48,989 nt of DNA, taken from the IMG/VR virus record IMGVR_UViG_2541047945_000011; one strand, given 5' to 3'. Source of the DNA: a virus. Lineage: Duplodnaviria > Heunggongvirae > Uroviricota > Caudoviricetes. The translations under genes and the position numbers were made by a program. Below, piece after piece: positions 1-9,772 of the stretch; position 1 is the stretch's first letter, and each line of letters starts with the position of its first letter. Under the pieces are notes generated by a model that worked only from the letters and a program-made list of their open reading frames with translations, did not search any database and was not told where the DNA came from.

Positions 1-294
1 TCACCCACGATTAACCAACAGCCAGACCAGCAGACACGCCACCACCGGCACAGCAAAATCCATCAGGCTTGCCACATCCCACGCGCGCGGATCAAAACCG
101 CCCCACCACGGCATATTCATACGCTTGCCATGCACGAACATTTCAATCCAGCGATATTCTGCCTGGGTGTGTTCACGCGCAATGAAGAACGTACAACCGG
201 CTATCGCCCCGTAAGCCCAGTTTCCGGTAAAAAGACCAGCCAGTACCTGCACCGCTACGGCACAAAGCGCATGAAGTATCGACGTGATATCCAT
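1..294 (-). CDS. Hypothetical small membrane protein (97 aa), downstream of the tail-fibre genes
   Basis: Complete ORF with ATG at 294 and AAGGA-type RBS about 7 nt upstream; hydrophobic segments (ILHALCAVAVQVLAGLF, FAVPVVACLLVWLLV). Family not recognised. Confidence 0.45.
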   Translation of the reverse strand: MDITSILHALCAVAVQVLAGLFTGNWAYGAIAGCTFFIAREHTQAEYRWIEMFVHGKRMNMPWWGGFDPRAWDVASLMDFAVPVVACLLVWLLVNRG

Positions 295-303
295 CTGCTA
301 TCC

Positions 304-582
304 TTAAAACCACTCCCTGAGCGGGCGCTCTGGTGTAACCACCCACTCACGGAACACGGAATCATCAAATCCATCGTCAAGAAGACGGATATTAACAAAG
401 TACCCTTCGTTTCGCGTGTATTCTGGTTCTCCGTCATCAGGAACATCTGTCTCCCTGAACGTAAAACCAATCTCATCAACCAGAACGGCATTCTGCAGCT
501 CTTCGTCCTCTTCCCAGTTAAGTTTCCTGAGAAATGTCCTGAAATCTGCTTTATCACTGAAACGCAACGTGAAATCTCTCAC
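304..582 (-). CDS. Hypothetical acidic protein (92 aa), translationally coupled to the side tail fibre gene
   Basis: GTG start at 582 overlaps the stf stop (GTGA), with GGGGAGG RBS upstream. Sits where lambda has tfa but does not resemble Tfa. Confidence 0.4.
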   Translation of the reverse strand: MRDFTLRFSDKADFRTFLRKLNWEEDEELQNAVLVDEIGFTFRETDVPDDGEPEYTRNEGYFVNIRLLDDGFDDSVFREWVVTPERPLREWF

Positions 583-2645
583 TCCACAACCTCCCCAAGC
601 TGCGCATCTGTTAGCTCTTTATGCCAGAGACGAAAATTCCTCACATGCCCAAATAAATGGCGTAATCCTGCTGTAGTTTGTCCACCAATGCGAATGGTTG
701 CTGTACTCCGGATATATTCCCATTTGGTTTTAGTTTCGCTGCTTAACTTACCGTTACTGACTACACATGTGGACCGTTCGGACTTTACCCGCATACCAAT
801 AAGCATTTTTTCCAGCCCGGCATTTTCATTTATTCGTCGGTTTGAACCACCAATATCGCAATAAGGAAATCCGTCTGGCCCATCTGCCGAAGATCCGAAG
901 CCAAGAATAATAGCCGCTCCGGTTTGATGACCGCCGGTATCAAAAACACGTGGCGCTGCATTTGGCGTTTTATACCAGTTCTTATGTACCTCACAAAGAA
1001 CCGTAAAAGGAAGATTATAAAGATTATTATTAATTGGAACTGTAACTATATCGCTTGCGCGGGTAGCCGCCGTCGTTCCTGAGATAATAAAAGATGATGC
1101 ACACGAACCATCCTCAACCTGAGGGGTGGCCAGATAAATATAGTCTCCAGATACGGTTGCTCCGCCCTGATTAGGAGAATACTGTATCTGAGATCCTATT
1201 TTTAACTCATCATCAATTGCCAGGATTGTTGCCTCTGCAAAAATCCATCCGGTAGCTTCGTCCTTTCTGACTCTCGCTGTAATCCCTGAGGCCGCGCCAC
1301 CTGTCATATTAATTTCAAGCGTTTGTGTATCAATATATGCATCACCAAGAAAAGTTGTTGCACTACCGTCATATTTATCAAAGCGGATACGCAACCTTAC
1401 CTGTCGTTCTGTTTTAAAACGACATGAGGTTGTCACGTACTTGTTATCGCCTGAAACATCAACTGACTTTGTAGCAGCAATTGATGCCATATTAATGGCT
1501 GACGTTTGCCCAATCAGAGAATCGTTACAAACAAACTTTCCATAAGTAAAACCAAAACTATCAGTTCCAACCTCAGCGACATTCATATTTGCAGATTTAC
1601 CCCAAGAAGCTGGAGTTGCTGAATTCAACATGTAGTTGGTTCGCTGACCTTCAATCAATAAACCTTCTTTTTCAAATCGTGGCTCATTAATTTCCGCCGT
1701 TTTCAGTTCGCCAGATTTGTTGATATATGTTGCCGTTGATGCGCGACTGAAATTAACCTGTTTATCACTGGCAACCTGAACCACATTATCACCAATCTTC
1801 ACTTTTTTATAACCCGGAGAATAGCCCGTAATCATATCCAGCGAATCATTAAAGGGTATCCACACATCCGGCAGCGGCTGTAAAACATATCTGTACGGCT
1901 CTGCTGTCTGGTTTGCGTATTCTCTGGCAGCATCTTCACTTGCTTTTGCTGCCGTCTGGCTTGCTGCCGATGCTTTCGCCGAGTTCGCCGCCGCTGTTTC
2001 GCTCACCTTTGCGTTGGCTTCACTGTCTTTGGCATTCGTCTCACTGGTTTTCGCTGCCGTCTGGCTGGATTTTGCGTTTTTTTCGCTGGCCTTTGTGGCT
2101 GTCTCGCTATTTTTCGCGTTGGTTTCTGATTTTTTGGCTGCTGTCGCGGAGTTTGCCGATGCAGTCTGCGAGGCCGCTGCCGCCTGTGCGCTGTTAGCTG
2201 CATTCGTTTCTGAGGTTTTCGCCGCATTCTTCGATGAGGCTGCTGCCGTTTCGGATTTCTTTGCCGCCGCTGCACTCTGTGATGACGCTCCGGCATGACG
2301 TGCCACTTCATTCACCATCAGCTCAAAACGGCGCAGTGCCTCCGGACGGGCATCATCCTCCGTCATGGCACCGAGAAAATCATTCAGCGTACCTGGTCTG
2401 GAACCTTCATAGACGGTAATGGTTCCGGCATGTGAAGGCGGAAAACCTTCAACCAGCAGGGTGACGCTGTACTGGCCATACTCAACATCCATGCTATAAC
2501 GCCCGGCTTCATCCGGATTTTCAGAGGCCACCGTGTTCACCAGTACCGTGGTGCTGTTACGCTTTGCCTTCAGTTGAATAGTGCAGTTCTGTATTGGTTT
2601 TCCCGCACCATCTTTCAGCACACCTGAGATTTTTACTGCTGCCAT
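579..2645 (-). CDS. stf: Side tail fibre protein (Stf-like)
   Basis: N-terminus MAAVKISGVLKDGAGKPIQNCTIQLKAKRNSTTV...FPPSHAGTITVYE matches lambda Stf from memory; long Ala/Ser/Thr/Lys low-complexity repeat (KxSETNAxNS); distinct C-terminal domain ending HVRNFRLWHKELTDAQL. ATG at 2645 chosen over the upstream GTG. Confidence 0.85.
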   Translation of the reverse strand: MAAVKISGVLKDGAGKPIQNCTIQLKAKRNSTTVLVNTVASENPDEAGRYSMDVEYGQYSVTLLVEGFPPSHAGTITVYEGSRPGTLNDFLGAMTEDDARPEALRRFELMVNEVARHAGASSQSAAAAKKSETAAASSKNAAKTSETNAANSAQAAAASQTASANSATAAKKSETNAKNSETATKASEKNAKSSQTAAKTSETNAKDSEANAKVSETAAANSAKASAASQTAAKASEDAAREYANQTAEPYRYVLQPLPDVWIPFNDSLDMITGYSPGYKKVKIGDNVVQVASDKQVNFSRASTATYINKSGELKTAEINEPRFEKEGLLIEGQRTNYMLNSATPASWGKSANMNVAEVGTDSFGFTYGKFVCNDSLIGQTSAINMASIAATKSVDVSGDNKYVTTSCRFKTERQVRLRIRFDKYDGSATTFLGDAYIDTQTLEINMTGGAASGITARVRKDEATGWIFAEATILAIDDELKIGSQIQYSPNQGGATVSGDYIYLATPQVEDGSCASSFIISGTTAATRASDIVTVPINNNLYNLPFTVLCEVHKNWYKTPNAAPRVFDTGGHQTGAAIILGFGSSADGPDGFPYCDIGGSNRRINENAGLEKMLIGMRVKSERSTCVVSNGKLSSETKTKWEYIRSTATIRIGGQTTAGLRHLFGHVRNFRLWHKELTDAQLGEVVE

Positions 2646-2662
2646 ATCCACTCCACAAAAAA

Positions 2663-2682
2663 GCCCGCCTGAACCGGCGGGC
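2663..2682 (-). terminator. Putative intrinsic terminator between lom and stf
   Basis: Minus-strand stem GCCCGCC / GGCGGGC with 6-nt loop, followed by a T-run (TTTTTTGTGG) on the minus strand. Confidence 0.45.
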
Positions 2683-2709
2683 TGTCATAACACTGTGTTA
2701 CCTGGCTAA

Positions 2710-3309
2710 TCAGAACTTATAACCGACACCCACGATGAAACCGTCAGTGCGCCAGTCACCACTACCGGAGCCTTCATAAGCAATATCAATGGCCACGGAT
2801 TCGGTCGGGTTAAACTGCACGCCAGCCCCCCACGCCAGAGACGTGTTGCTGTGGCGACCGTCATCACTTCCGGTCAGCACATCGTGCGTTTTCCCCTTGT
2901 TGTCAGTTACGCGGAGATAATCCCCGGAGAAAGTCGACACACGGCTGTAAGCCACACCCACCATCGCATACGCGCTGAACCATTCATTCACGCGTACAGA
3001 CGGCCCCGCCATCACGCTGAACCAGCGGTTACGCACGGAATCTTCATGCCAGCGGGTATCGCTGTAGTGCGTTTTTTGCTCATCCTCAGCATTGGCATAA
3101 CTGAAGGACGTAATCAGCCCCAGCGCGTCCGTAAACTCATAACGGTATTTCACGTTAATCCCGTTCAGATTATCGCTGCCGGGAGCGTTCGTACGGGCAT
3201 GAAGATACCCCGCGCTCAGTGTGGACTGATGTTCAGACGCCCATGCAGGCGCACCGGATACGGACAGACAGATGGCTGCGGACAAAATGGCTGCACATAA
3301 TTTACGCAT
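2710..3309 (-). CDS. lom: Outer membrane protein Lom (Ail/Lom family)
   Basis: 199 aa with signal peptide MRKLCAAILSAAICLSVSGAPAWA and beta-barrel signature ending ...GFIVGVGYKF; lambda position directly after J. Confidence 0.9.
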   Translation of the reverse strand: MRKLCAAILSAAICLSVSGAPAWASEHQSTLSAGYLHARTNAPGSDNLNGINVKYRYEFTDALGLITSFSYANAEDEQKTHYSDTRWHEDSVRNRWFSVMAGPSVRVNEWFSAYAMVGVAYSRVSTFSGDYLRVTDNKGKTHDVLTGSDDGRHSNTSLAWGAGVQFNPTESVAIDIAYEGSGSGDWRTDGFIVGVGYKF

Positions 3310-3333
3310 AATTACCTCTCGCTTTTCTGCAAT

Positions 3334-3358
3334 AAAAAAGGCGCCATTTCTGGCGCCC
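3334..3358 (-). terminator. Putative intrinsic terminator downstream of J
   Basis: Minus-strand stem GGCGCC...GGCGCC followed by TTTTTTATTG. Confidence 0.45.
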
Positions 3359-3376
3359 GTATATGGGTTATAAAAT

Positions 3377-6300
3377 TCAGCTAATCGTGATGCCTGCAGT
3401 GGCTTTCTTCATCACAACAACCAGCAAATCGCTGATACTTGCTGTGGGATACCAGCCATTTACCCACCATGCTGATACAGAAAACTCCAGCGTCATGTCG
3501 CCGCGACCAGCAGGCATATCAATAACACCACTGTAAACCAGCGTATTATCCATCGCGGTACGGTTATAAATTTCAGCACCGTTTTTCTTCACTATCAGGC
3601 GGCATGACGAATAAGTATCGCTGTTCTCCCGCTCATGTCTGGCACCGCTGAAAGCCACCGCCGGAATAACAATCTGCCGGTTAAACGGCTGATCGTCATA
3701 AACCCTGACGGTAATGGTTCCTGATGGCCAACGCTTCGGTGCACGGGAGTCACGAGGGAAAGCCTTACCCACTGTTTTAACGAGATCGCCTTCAATCTGG
3801 TTTGCAGACAGTTTCCCTCTGATGACACAGTTCTTGTTAATGGTGACATTATTGAGCGTGCCGGTATTCGCCGTGATGGCTCCACTGATATCCGCATTGC
3901 GGGCTGTCAGCCTGCCATCCGGCGTCAGGGAAAACGTCGGAGGATTGCCGGATGACGTGATGCTCACCGCAAACAGTCGCTTCAGGAACACGTCGTTCAT
4001 GAACAGCTGATTCCCCTGCGCCACAAACAGCGGCGTGGTGTTGCCGTTCTCCGGGGTAATCATCGCAATGCGATCGGCCTGCAGCAGAATGTTACTCAGG
4101 GTCTGACCATCAACATCCTCAATCCCCGCGCCAATCCCGGCCACATAGGGAATACCGTTTTTTGTTTTCTGCACCTTCAGCATATACATGGCATTCAGCT
4201 CATTGCGCGTGTCTGACTGAACCCGCTGGATTTGCTGTATGGTCACGGCCTGGTCACCCAGCTTTTTATCCGTGGTCGAGGTAATTTCACTCCCTTTTTT
4301 ATCCACGTACTGGCGGACCTGTGCTATCTGTCGGGCGTTTTCTGACTGCCCCTGGCTGACAGTCTGTGAGATTTCACTGCTCACCCGGTCCACTTTCTGG
4401 CTCACCTGCGCGATGGCCAGTGTCTGGTCCTCATTCTTTTTCGCAACCAGCTGCGTGAGGCTGTTTTCCGCCTTCCCGATTTTCCGGGTCACTTCTGCGA
4501 TATCCGTGTCCATCCGCTGACGGATATCTTCTTCCAGTTGCGTGACCTCCGTACGCAGCGCTGAAGCATCAATGCGCTCTTTCAGTGCCTGGCCCAGAAG
4601 CGTCTCATCTATCAGCCCCCGGAAAATTTCCAGATACCCTTCACCATCATTGCTGGGCTGCCCGCTGGCTTCCACAAAAGCAGATTTTCCCACCAGGTTG
4701 ACGCTTCGCACGTAAAACCAGAAATCCGTCCCCGGCTTAATCCGGCTCCCCTGGACAGTCCACTGACTGCCGGTCCCCAGATAACGGGCAGATTTTTCCA
4801 CCTGTGCTGTGTTCGTGATGCGTTTTTCTGAGAACCAGAATTCAAACTGCACCGTCGGGTCATACACCGCCAGCACCGGTACCGCCGTTATCTGAAAATA
4901 CCCCGGCGTCAGCTCAATGGTGGCGGGTTTTGCAGGCGCGTTAATCCGGAAGGTGGTGGTCGCAGGTTCGCCCTGCTGGCCGTAGCTGTTAATGGCCCGC
5001 ACCGTCAGGGTGTATTCCCCCAGCGGCAGACCACTGAAACGGTGCTCCGTGTCTGCGGTGATGGCGGTGCTCACCAGACGGCTGTCTTCTCCGCTTCCGC
5101 TGGTCAGACGCAGACTGAAGCGCACCCCCTTCACCACCCGCGGCGTGTCCCATTTCGCCTGTGCCAGATACTGACCGTCAGCTGCACTCACCTCCACCGT
5201 CAGGTGCTGCACTGCCGGTGGGATAACGCTGTTCAGGCTGCCTGACTGCGGCTCAAAGCTGGCCCCGTTATCCACAATGGCTTCTTTTTCCGGTACGTGC
5301 TGCACCGCCGTGATGGCAAAGGTGCCGTCCGTGTTTTCCCGGATGGAGACACAGCGAAACAGGCGACGACGCAGTGACGGCAGGGAGAGTCCCCACACCC
5401 CGTATGTCTCCACACCATCAGGCAGGGTACTGACCTGTATCCGGTCCGGCGCGGGGTGTGCGGTAATGGCCACGCTCGCCGGCTTACCGCTGCCGTTAAT
5501 CAGATTAACAGTGGCCGTGCCGGTCTCCGGCAGTGTCACCTCCCGGTCCAGCGTCAGGGTACGGCTGGCGGCATCGATGGACAGGACACGTCCGCCGGTC
5601 ATGGTCCCGGCATAGTCGTTATCACAGATTTCAATGATGTCACCGGGTGTGTGCCGCAGCCCCTGAGACCCGAGCGTGAAATCCACCGTCTGCGTTTCCA
5701 GCAGTTCGGTCTTTATCACCCACAGTCCGGCACGGTGGGCCTGACCGCGGCTGGTACAGCCGAACGCGTCCATCTTCAGCAGGTTGCGTCCGTAGCGCAG
5801 TATGGCTTCCGGGTCTTCCACCAGTTCCGTGGAGGTCTGCCAGCCGTTCTGCGGGTCGGTGTAATTCACCTCCACCGCCGTGTGCCGGTCCTTCAGGGCA
5901 CTGAAGCTGTAGCGGAACCCCACGCCGTTATCATCCACCACCACATCGCTGTTGGTGTACGGCCACACCACATCCGACGGACGGTCCTGAACGAACGTCA
6001 GCGTCTGGCCGTTCCATACCGGCATACAGCGCATCGCCGAGCAGAAATCACTGAGAACGTCCCACGCCTTACGCTGTTGTGCCAGGTACGCATTAAAGGT
6101 CATCCGCGGCTCGGTCCCCCCGAAACCATCCGGGACCGTCTGGTCGCAGTACTGCCCGATGGCATACAGCGCCCACTTGTCCACATCCGCCGCCCCCAGA
6201 CGTTTTCCCATGCCGTAGCGCGGGTGAGTCAGCATGTCCCACAGACACCAGGCCGGGTTGTTGCTGTATGCCGGTTTCAGGCTGCCGTCCCAGATACCAC

Positions 6301-7069
6301 TGTACGTGCGTTTTTCCGGGTCATAGTTTGACGGCACCTGGATGATGCGACCGCGGATATGGTAGTTCACCGTCATCTGCTGGCCGCCGAACTGCTCCGC
6401 ATCCACCTGCAGCCCCACAATGGCCGTGTTCGGGTAGCACTGTTTCACATCGATGATTTCGGTGTATGACGACCACAGCGTCTTATTCTGCAGCTGGTCC
6501 GTGGTGCTGTCCGCCGTCTCCCTGACCATCCGGATGTTAAAGGGCCGGGGAGGCAGATTATCCAGAATCACCGAGGCCAGGAACTGTGAGGTGGTCTTGC
6601 CGTTAATGGTGACGTCCTTTTCTGTCACCCAGTTACCGTTACGCTGTAACTGAATCAGCAGGCGGACGGATGCCGGGTTACGGTCACCCTTTGAGGTGGT
6701 CTCCACCAGTGACTGCACCCCGAAGGTAACCCGCAGGCGGTCAATGTTCGCGGACGTAATGGTGCGCGTCACCGGTTTTGCCTTCGTCACTTCCACGCCC
6801 AGTCCGGTTTCAGCTCCGGAGGACTCAAAGCCTTCCGGTGGTGTCTGCTCCTGCTCCCCGGCACGCCAGACCGCGGTCACACCGTGTATCACGGGATTAC
6901 CGTCCGTGTCCGTCAGCGGGGTTTTGTTCACCAGGATACTCTGCAGTCCCTTCACCGGGCCTTCTATCGGTCCCTCACCAATCGCATCAATCACACTCAT
7001 CATCTGCGTGGATTTGAGATTATCCTTCGCCTCACGAGGCGTGTGTGCCTTACCGCCACCTTTTCCCAT
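3377..7069 (-). CDS. J: Tail tip / host specificity protein J
   Basis: 1230-aa ORF starting [39 protein letters not shown]..., matching lambda J; position after I. Confidence 0.95.
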   Translation of the reverse strand: MGKGGGKAHTPREAKDNLKSTQMMSVIDAIGEGPIEGPVKGLQSILVNKTPLTDTDGNPVIHGVTAVWRAGEQEQTPPEGFESSGAETGLGVEVTKAKPVTRTITSANIDRLRVTFGVQSLVETTSKGDRNPASVRLLIQLQRNGNWVTEKDVTINGKTTSQFLASVILDNLPPRPFNIRMVRETADSTTDQLQNKTLWSSYTEIIDVKQCYPNTAIVGLQVDAEQFGGQQMTVNYHIRGRIIQVPSNYDPEKRTYSGIWDGSLKPAYSNNPAWCLWDMLTHPRYGMGKRLGAADVDKWALYAIGQYCDQTVPDGFGGTEPRMTFNAYLAQQRKAWDVLSDFCSAMRCMPVWNGQTLTFVQDRPSDVVWPYTNSDVVVDDNGVGFRYSFSALKDRHTAVEVNYTDPQNGWQTSTELVEDPEAILRYGRNLLKMDAFGCTSRGQAHRAGLWVIKTELLETQTVDFTLGSQGLRHTPGDIIEICDNDYAGTMTGGRVLSIDAASRTLTLDREVTLPETGTATVNLINGSGKPASVAITAHPAPDRIQVSTLPDGVETYGVWGLSLPSLRRRLFRCVSIRENTDGTFAITAVQHVPEKEAIVDNGASFEPQSGSLNSVIPPAVQHLTVEVSAADGQYLAQAKWDTPRVVKGVRFSLRLTSGSGEDSRLVSTAITADTEHRFSGLPLGEYTLTVRAINSYGQQGEPATTTFRINAPAKPATIELTPGYFQITAVPVLAVYDPTVQFEFWFSEKRITNTAQVEKSARYLGTGSQWTVQGSRIKPGTDFWFYVRSVNLVGKSAFVEASGQPSNDGEGYLEIFRGLIDETLLGQALKERIDASALRTEVTQLEEDIRQRMDTDIAEVTRKIGKAENSLTQLVAKKNEDQTLAIAQVSQKVDRVSSEISQTVSQGQSENARQIAQVRQYVDKKGSEITSTTDKKLGDQAVTIQQIQRVQSDTRNELNAMYMLKVQKTKNGIPYVAGIGAGIEDVDGQTLSNILLQADRIAMITPENGNTTPLFVAQGNQLFMNDVFLKRLFAVSITSSGNPPTFSLTPDGRLTARNADISGAITANTGTLNNVTINKNCVIRGKLSANQIEGDLVKTVGKAFPRDSRAPKRWPSGTITVRVYDDQPFNRQIVIPAVAFSGARHERENSDTYSSCRLIVKKNGAEIYNRTAMDNTLVYSGVIDMPAGRGDMTLEFSVSAWWVNGWYPTASISDLLVVVMKKATAGITIS

Positions 7070-7175
7070 ACAGCCTTCCCCTGAATAAATTAACCGCCAC
7101 TTGCCATTCCGTACAGAAGTCGGATATCCTTCGCCCGAAAAGCATGAAACACATTTCTGCCATGCTAAAGAGAAA

Positions 7176-7209
7176 CCCCGGTATCAGCAGATACCGGGGT
7201 TTTCTTTCA
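7176..7209 (+). terminator. Hairpin plus T-run in the I-J intergenic region
   Basis: CCCCGGTAT-cagcag-ATACCGGGG followed by TTTTCTTTC. Confidence 0.35.
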
Positions 7210-7274
7210 TGCCCACCGATAATCCTGTTGGTTAAAACCGGTAATGGCATAAAAATTCTGAATATCTTCACATT

Positions 7275-7302
7275 TTCACAAACTGACTGTGGCGCGTATA
7301 AT
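7275..7302 (+). promoter_or_regulatory. Sigma70-like promoter (TTCACA-16 nt-TATAAT) in the I-J intergenic region, antisense to late transcription
   Basis: -35 TTCACA at 7275-7280 and -10 TATAAT at 7297-7302. Confidence 0.3.
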
Positions 7303-7367
7303 TTCTCTGCGTTAATTTTTTTGTCGTGATATAAGAATAATTCCTTACACTTAATCTTCGTAACTCT

Positions 7368-7408
7368 CCCGCAGTTCCTGTCCGCGATCACTGCGGGATT
7401 TTTTTATT
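7368..7408 (+). terminator. Hairpin plus T-run about 100 nt downstream of the antisense promoter
   Basis: CCCGCAGT...ACTGCGGG followed by ATTTTTTTATTCTTTTT. Confidence 0.35.
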
Positions 7409-7412
7409 CTTT

Positions 7413-8093
7413 TTACCCCTGCCGCCCGATAACCACGACCTTTCCGCCCCCGCCTTCATCACGGGTGCTGATGTCCTGGGATATACGGCGGGAGCCAACC
7501 AGCATTTCCCCGTAAGGCACCGGCATCGGGTTCCCCTGGGCAATCATGTTATCCAGCGAGGAAAAGTACGTGTTCTGTCTGCCGTTATCCGTTACGCGGT
7601 AATCCGGTGTTTTTGCCTTCGGGGCCAGCATCTGGGCCACACCGCCCAGTATCATGCTGGCCCCCAGTGAAAACAGCATCGTGGTGGCAGAAAAACCACC
7701 GGCTGCCAGGGCTGAACCCCATAACGCCATCGAGGCACCGGCCGTGAAGAAAGAGCCCACGATGGCTGCCGCCCCCAGCACAATCTGCAGTCCGCCCTTT
7801 CCGGCTCCGGCCAGTCGCGGCACAATGTGGATGACCGTTCCCTCACCCAGCTGTTCGTGAAGACGGGCGTACACCGCCTCCGGTGCCGTGTCATCACCGG
7901 CAATACGTATCTGGTACCAGCCTTCGTTCATCTGACGGCGAAAGCCCGGCACCTGTAACGACAGGGCACGGATGGCTTCCGCTGCCGTGTTCACATACAG
8001 GCTGAGGCGGCGGCCAAATCGTTGCAAATCCCCGTGAAGGCAGATGCGTGCCAGTGGCGGTGACGCCAGACAGAATGCGTTCGTCGTTGCCAT
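7413..8093 (-). CDS. I: Tail assembly protein I
   Basis: 226 aa; ...ARICLHGDLQRFGRR...GAAAIVGSFFTAGA...NTYFSSLDNMIAQGNPMPVPYGEMLVGSR matches lambda I. Confidence 0.9.
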   Translation of the reverse strand: MATTNAFCLASPPLARICLHGDLQRFGRRLSLYVNTAAEAIRALSLQVPGFRRQMNEGWYQIRIAGDDTAPEAVYARLHEQLGEGTVIHIVPRLAGAGKGGLQIVLGAAAIVGSFFTAGASMALWGSALAAGGFSATTMLFSLGASMILGGVAQMLAPKAKTPDYRVTDNGRQNTYFSSLDNMIAQGNPMPVPYGEMLVGSRRISQDISTRDEGGGGKVVVIGRQG

Positions 8094-8734
8094 TTTTCGG
8101 AATACCTCTCCCGTTTACTCAGTTGTTCAGGAATATGGTGCAGCAGCTCGCCGTCACCACAGTAAATGGCGGCATGATTCGGCACCGATGAACCAAAACA
8201 GCACAGCAGCACATCGCCCGGCTGCGCCGCTGACAACGGCACCTGATACAGCCCTGTGGCCTCCAGATTATCCAGATAGAGATTCTGACCGTGACGCCAC
8301 CAGTCATCCTCGCGATGAAAATCCGGCATCTCAGTCCCCGCCAGATGATAAGCATCCCGGAACAGCGTGTAACAGTCCGTCACCCCGTGCTCAAAGCGCC
8401 GTCCCGTCAGATGTGGCACACAGCGGAATTTGTGAATGTCACCCCGGCAGACCAGCCACCAGGGCAGTGCGCTTTTTATCTGCAGCCGCCGGTCAGCCTC
8501 GCTCAGCCAGGGCAGCCCACCGGGATGACTGTGGACCAGTGCCACAATCTCCCCCTGCATCTCTGCCCGCAGCCAGTCTTCCGGTGCGATACGAAAATAC
8601 GCCTCCGGCTCCGCGGAAATATTCACACAAGGGATATACCGCTCCCCCTCCGGCGTGCTTATCACGAAGCCGCACGACTCCGCAGGCGCACACCGCCGGG
8701 CATGCGCCAGAATCGCTGATTCAGTCTGTGTCAT
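7991..8734 (-). CDS. K: Tail assembly protein K (NlpC/P60-MPN-like)
   Basis: MTQTESAILAHARRCAPAESCGF...HSHPGG...; start taken at the internal ATG at 8734 just after the L stop. The ORF runs about 100 nt into I; the true 3' end is uncertain. Confidence 0.75.
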   Translation of the reverse strand: MTQTESAILAHARRCAPAESCGFVISTPEGERYIPCVNISAEPEAYFRIAPEDWLRAEMQGEIVALVHSHPGGLPWLSEADRRLQIKSALPWWLVCRGDIHKFRCVPHLTGRRFEHGVTDCYTLFRDAYHLAGTEMPDFHREDDWWRHGQNLYLDNLEATGLYQVPLSAAQPGDVLLCCFGSSVPNHAAIYCGDGELLHHIPEQLSKRERYSEKWQRRTHSVWRHRHWHASAFTGICNDLAAASACM

Positions 8735-8744
8735 AAACCGGGAT

Positions 8745-9443
8745 TTACTGCGAAAGTTTATTAATGGAAAGGAAACCGCCAAAATTGCCGACATTCCTGC
8801 GCAGTTCACACCCGCGCATGCACTTGCTGCATCTGTCCTTACGGATATCCGTGGTGGGTTTATCGAACTCATCCGCCACAGCCCCGCCCGTGTAACCACA
8901 CTCATCAGAGCGGTAGGTCCACATACAGGTGTTCGCCAGCATGATACGACCGGGAAACAGCGCCCCGTCCGTCTCGGTCGGTGTGGCCAGCACAAACGAG
9001 GCCGTCATGGCTGTCAGCTGCGACATCTGCTCCACCACCCAGCGGTCACTCAGCTCCTGCTCCGGGTCCGCCTCCGGATTGCCCGCAACGAAATTCACCG
9101 CATCCAGAAAACGGGCATACACCCGGCGGCGGACCACCGTGGCCCCCACCAGACTCTGCAGGTCTTCCGCCATCCCGGTGACCAGACCAAACAGATTGGA
9201 CACCGTCAGCGATGGTCTGGCACTGCTGCCCTTCCCGTTCATCTCAAAGCCACTCCCCTCAATCGGGTACGCCTGATATTCACGCCCCTGCCAGGTCACC
9301 GGCTCCCCTTTTTCATTCAGCTCATTGCAGAAAAAATACCGCTCACCGCCCTGCACCGTCAGGTCGATTTCCCAGAGTACCACCCGCGGTGACTGCTCTG
9401 ACTTAACCGACTCGTTCAGACTTTCTTCGCGAATATCCTGCAT
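8745..9443 (-). CDS. L: Minor tail protein L
   Basis: 232 aa, same length as lambda L; order M-L-K. Confidence 0.9.
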   Translation of the reverse strand: MQDIREESLNESVKSEQSPRVVLWEIDLTVQGGERYFFCNELNEKGEPVTWQGREYQAYPIEGSGFEMNGKGSSARPSLTVSNLFGLVTGMAEDLQSLVGATVVRRRVYARFLDAVNFVAGNPEADPEQELSDRWVVEQMSQLTAMTASFVLATPTETDGALFPGRIMLANTCMWTYRSDECGYTGGAVADEFDKPTTDIRKDRCSKCMRGCELRRNVGNFGGFLSINKLSQ

Positions 9444-9772
9444 CAGTTCACCACCTGCTTAAACTCCGCGCTGAACTCAACGCGCAACATCCCGACCCGC
9501 GCAGACCACCCGGCACAGGTCACCTTTATCTGCCGGTATGCATAGGGTGGCTTCCACAAAAATGCCTTCCAGCCACCGTGCTCTGCCAGGAACGCTTCCA
9601 GATGCCGGGCCTCCTCCCGGGTCACGGAAAGCGTCACCCTGTATGTTTTCAGGTCAGCATTCAGCCCTGCCGCCATACGCTGTGAGTACCCGTAACCAAA
9701 ACGCACTTCACGCACCGATGGCTGCGAGTTCACCTCCATATCCGGCTTCACTTTCCAGCGAAAGGTTTTCAT
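9443..9772 (-). CDS. M: Minor tail protein M
   Basis: 109 aa, same length and position as lambda M. Confidence 0.9.
   Translation of the reverse strand: MKTFRWKVKPDMEVNSQPSVREVRFGYGYSQRMAAGLNADLKTYRVTLSVTREEARHLEAFLAEHGGWKAFLWKPPYAYRQIKVTCAGWSARVGMLRVEFSAEFKQVVN

Noticed and set aside
130-864. 244-aa plus-strand ORF
   Set aside because: Lies antisense across the stf 3' end and two well-supported minus-strand genes; no RBS; composition looks like a shadow frame.
5456-6331. 291-aa plus-strand ORF inside J
   Set aside because: Entirely antisense to the conserved J coding sequence; Arg/Pro/His-rich composition typical of a GC-rich antisense frame.
8735-8995. N-terminal extension of the K ORF (track start at 8995)
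   Set aside because: The extension overlaps L in another frame; similarity to lambda K begins at MTQTES (8734), directly after the L stop.
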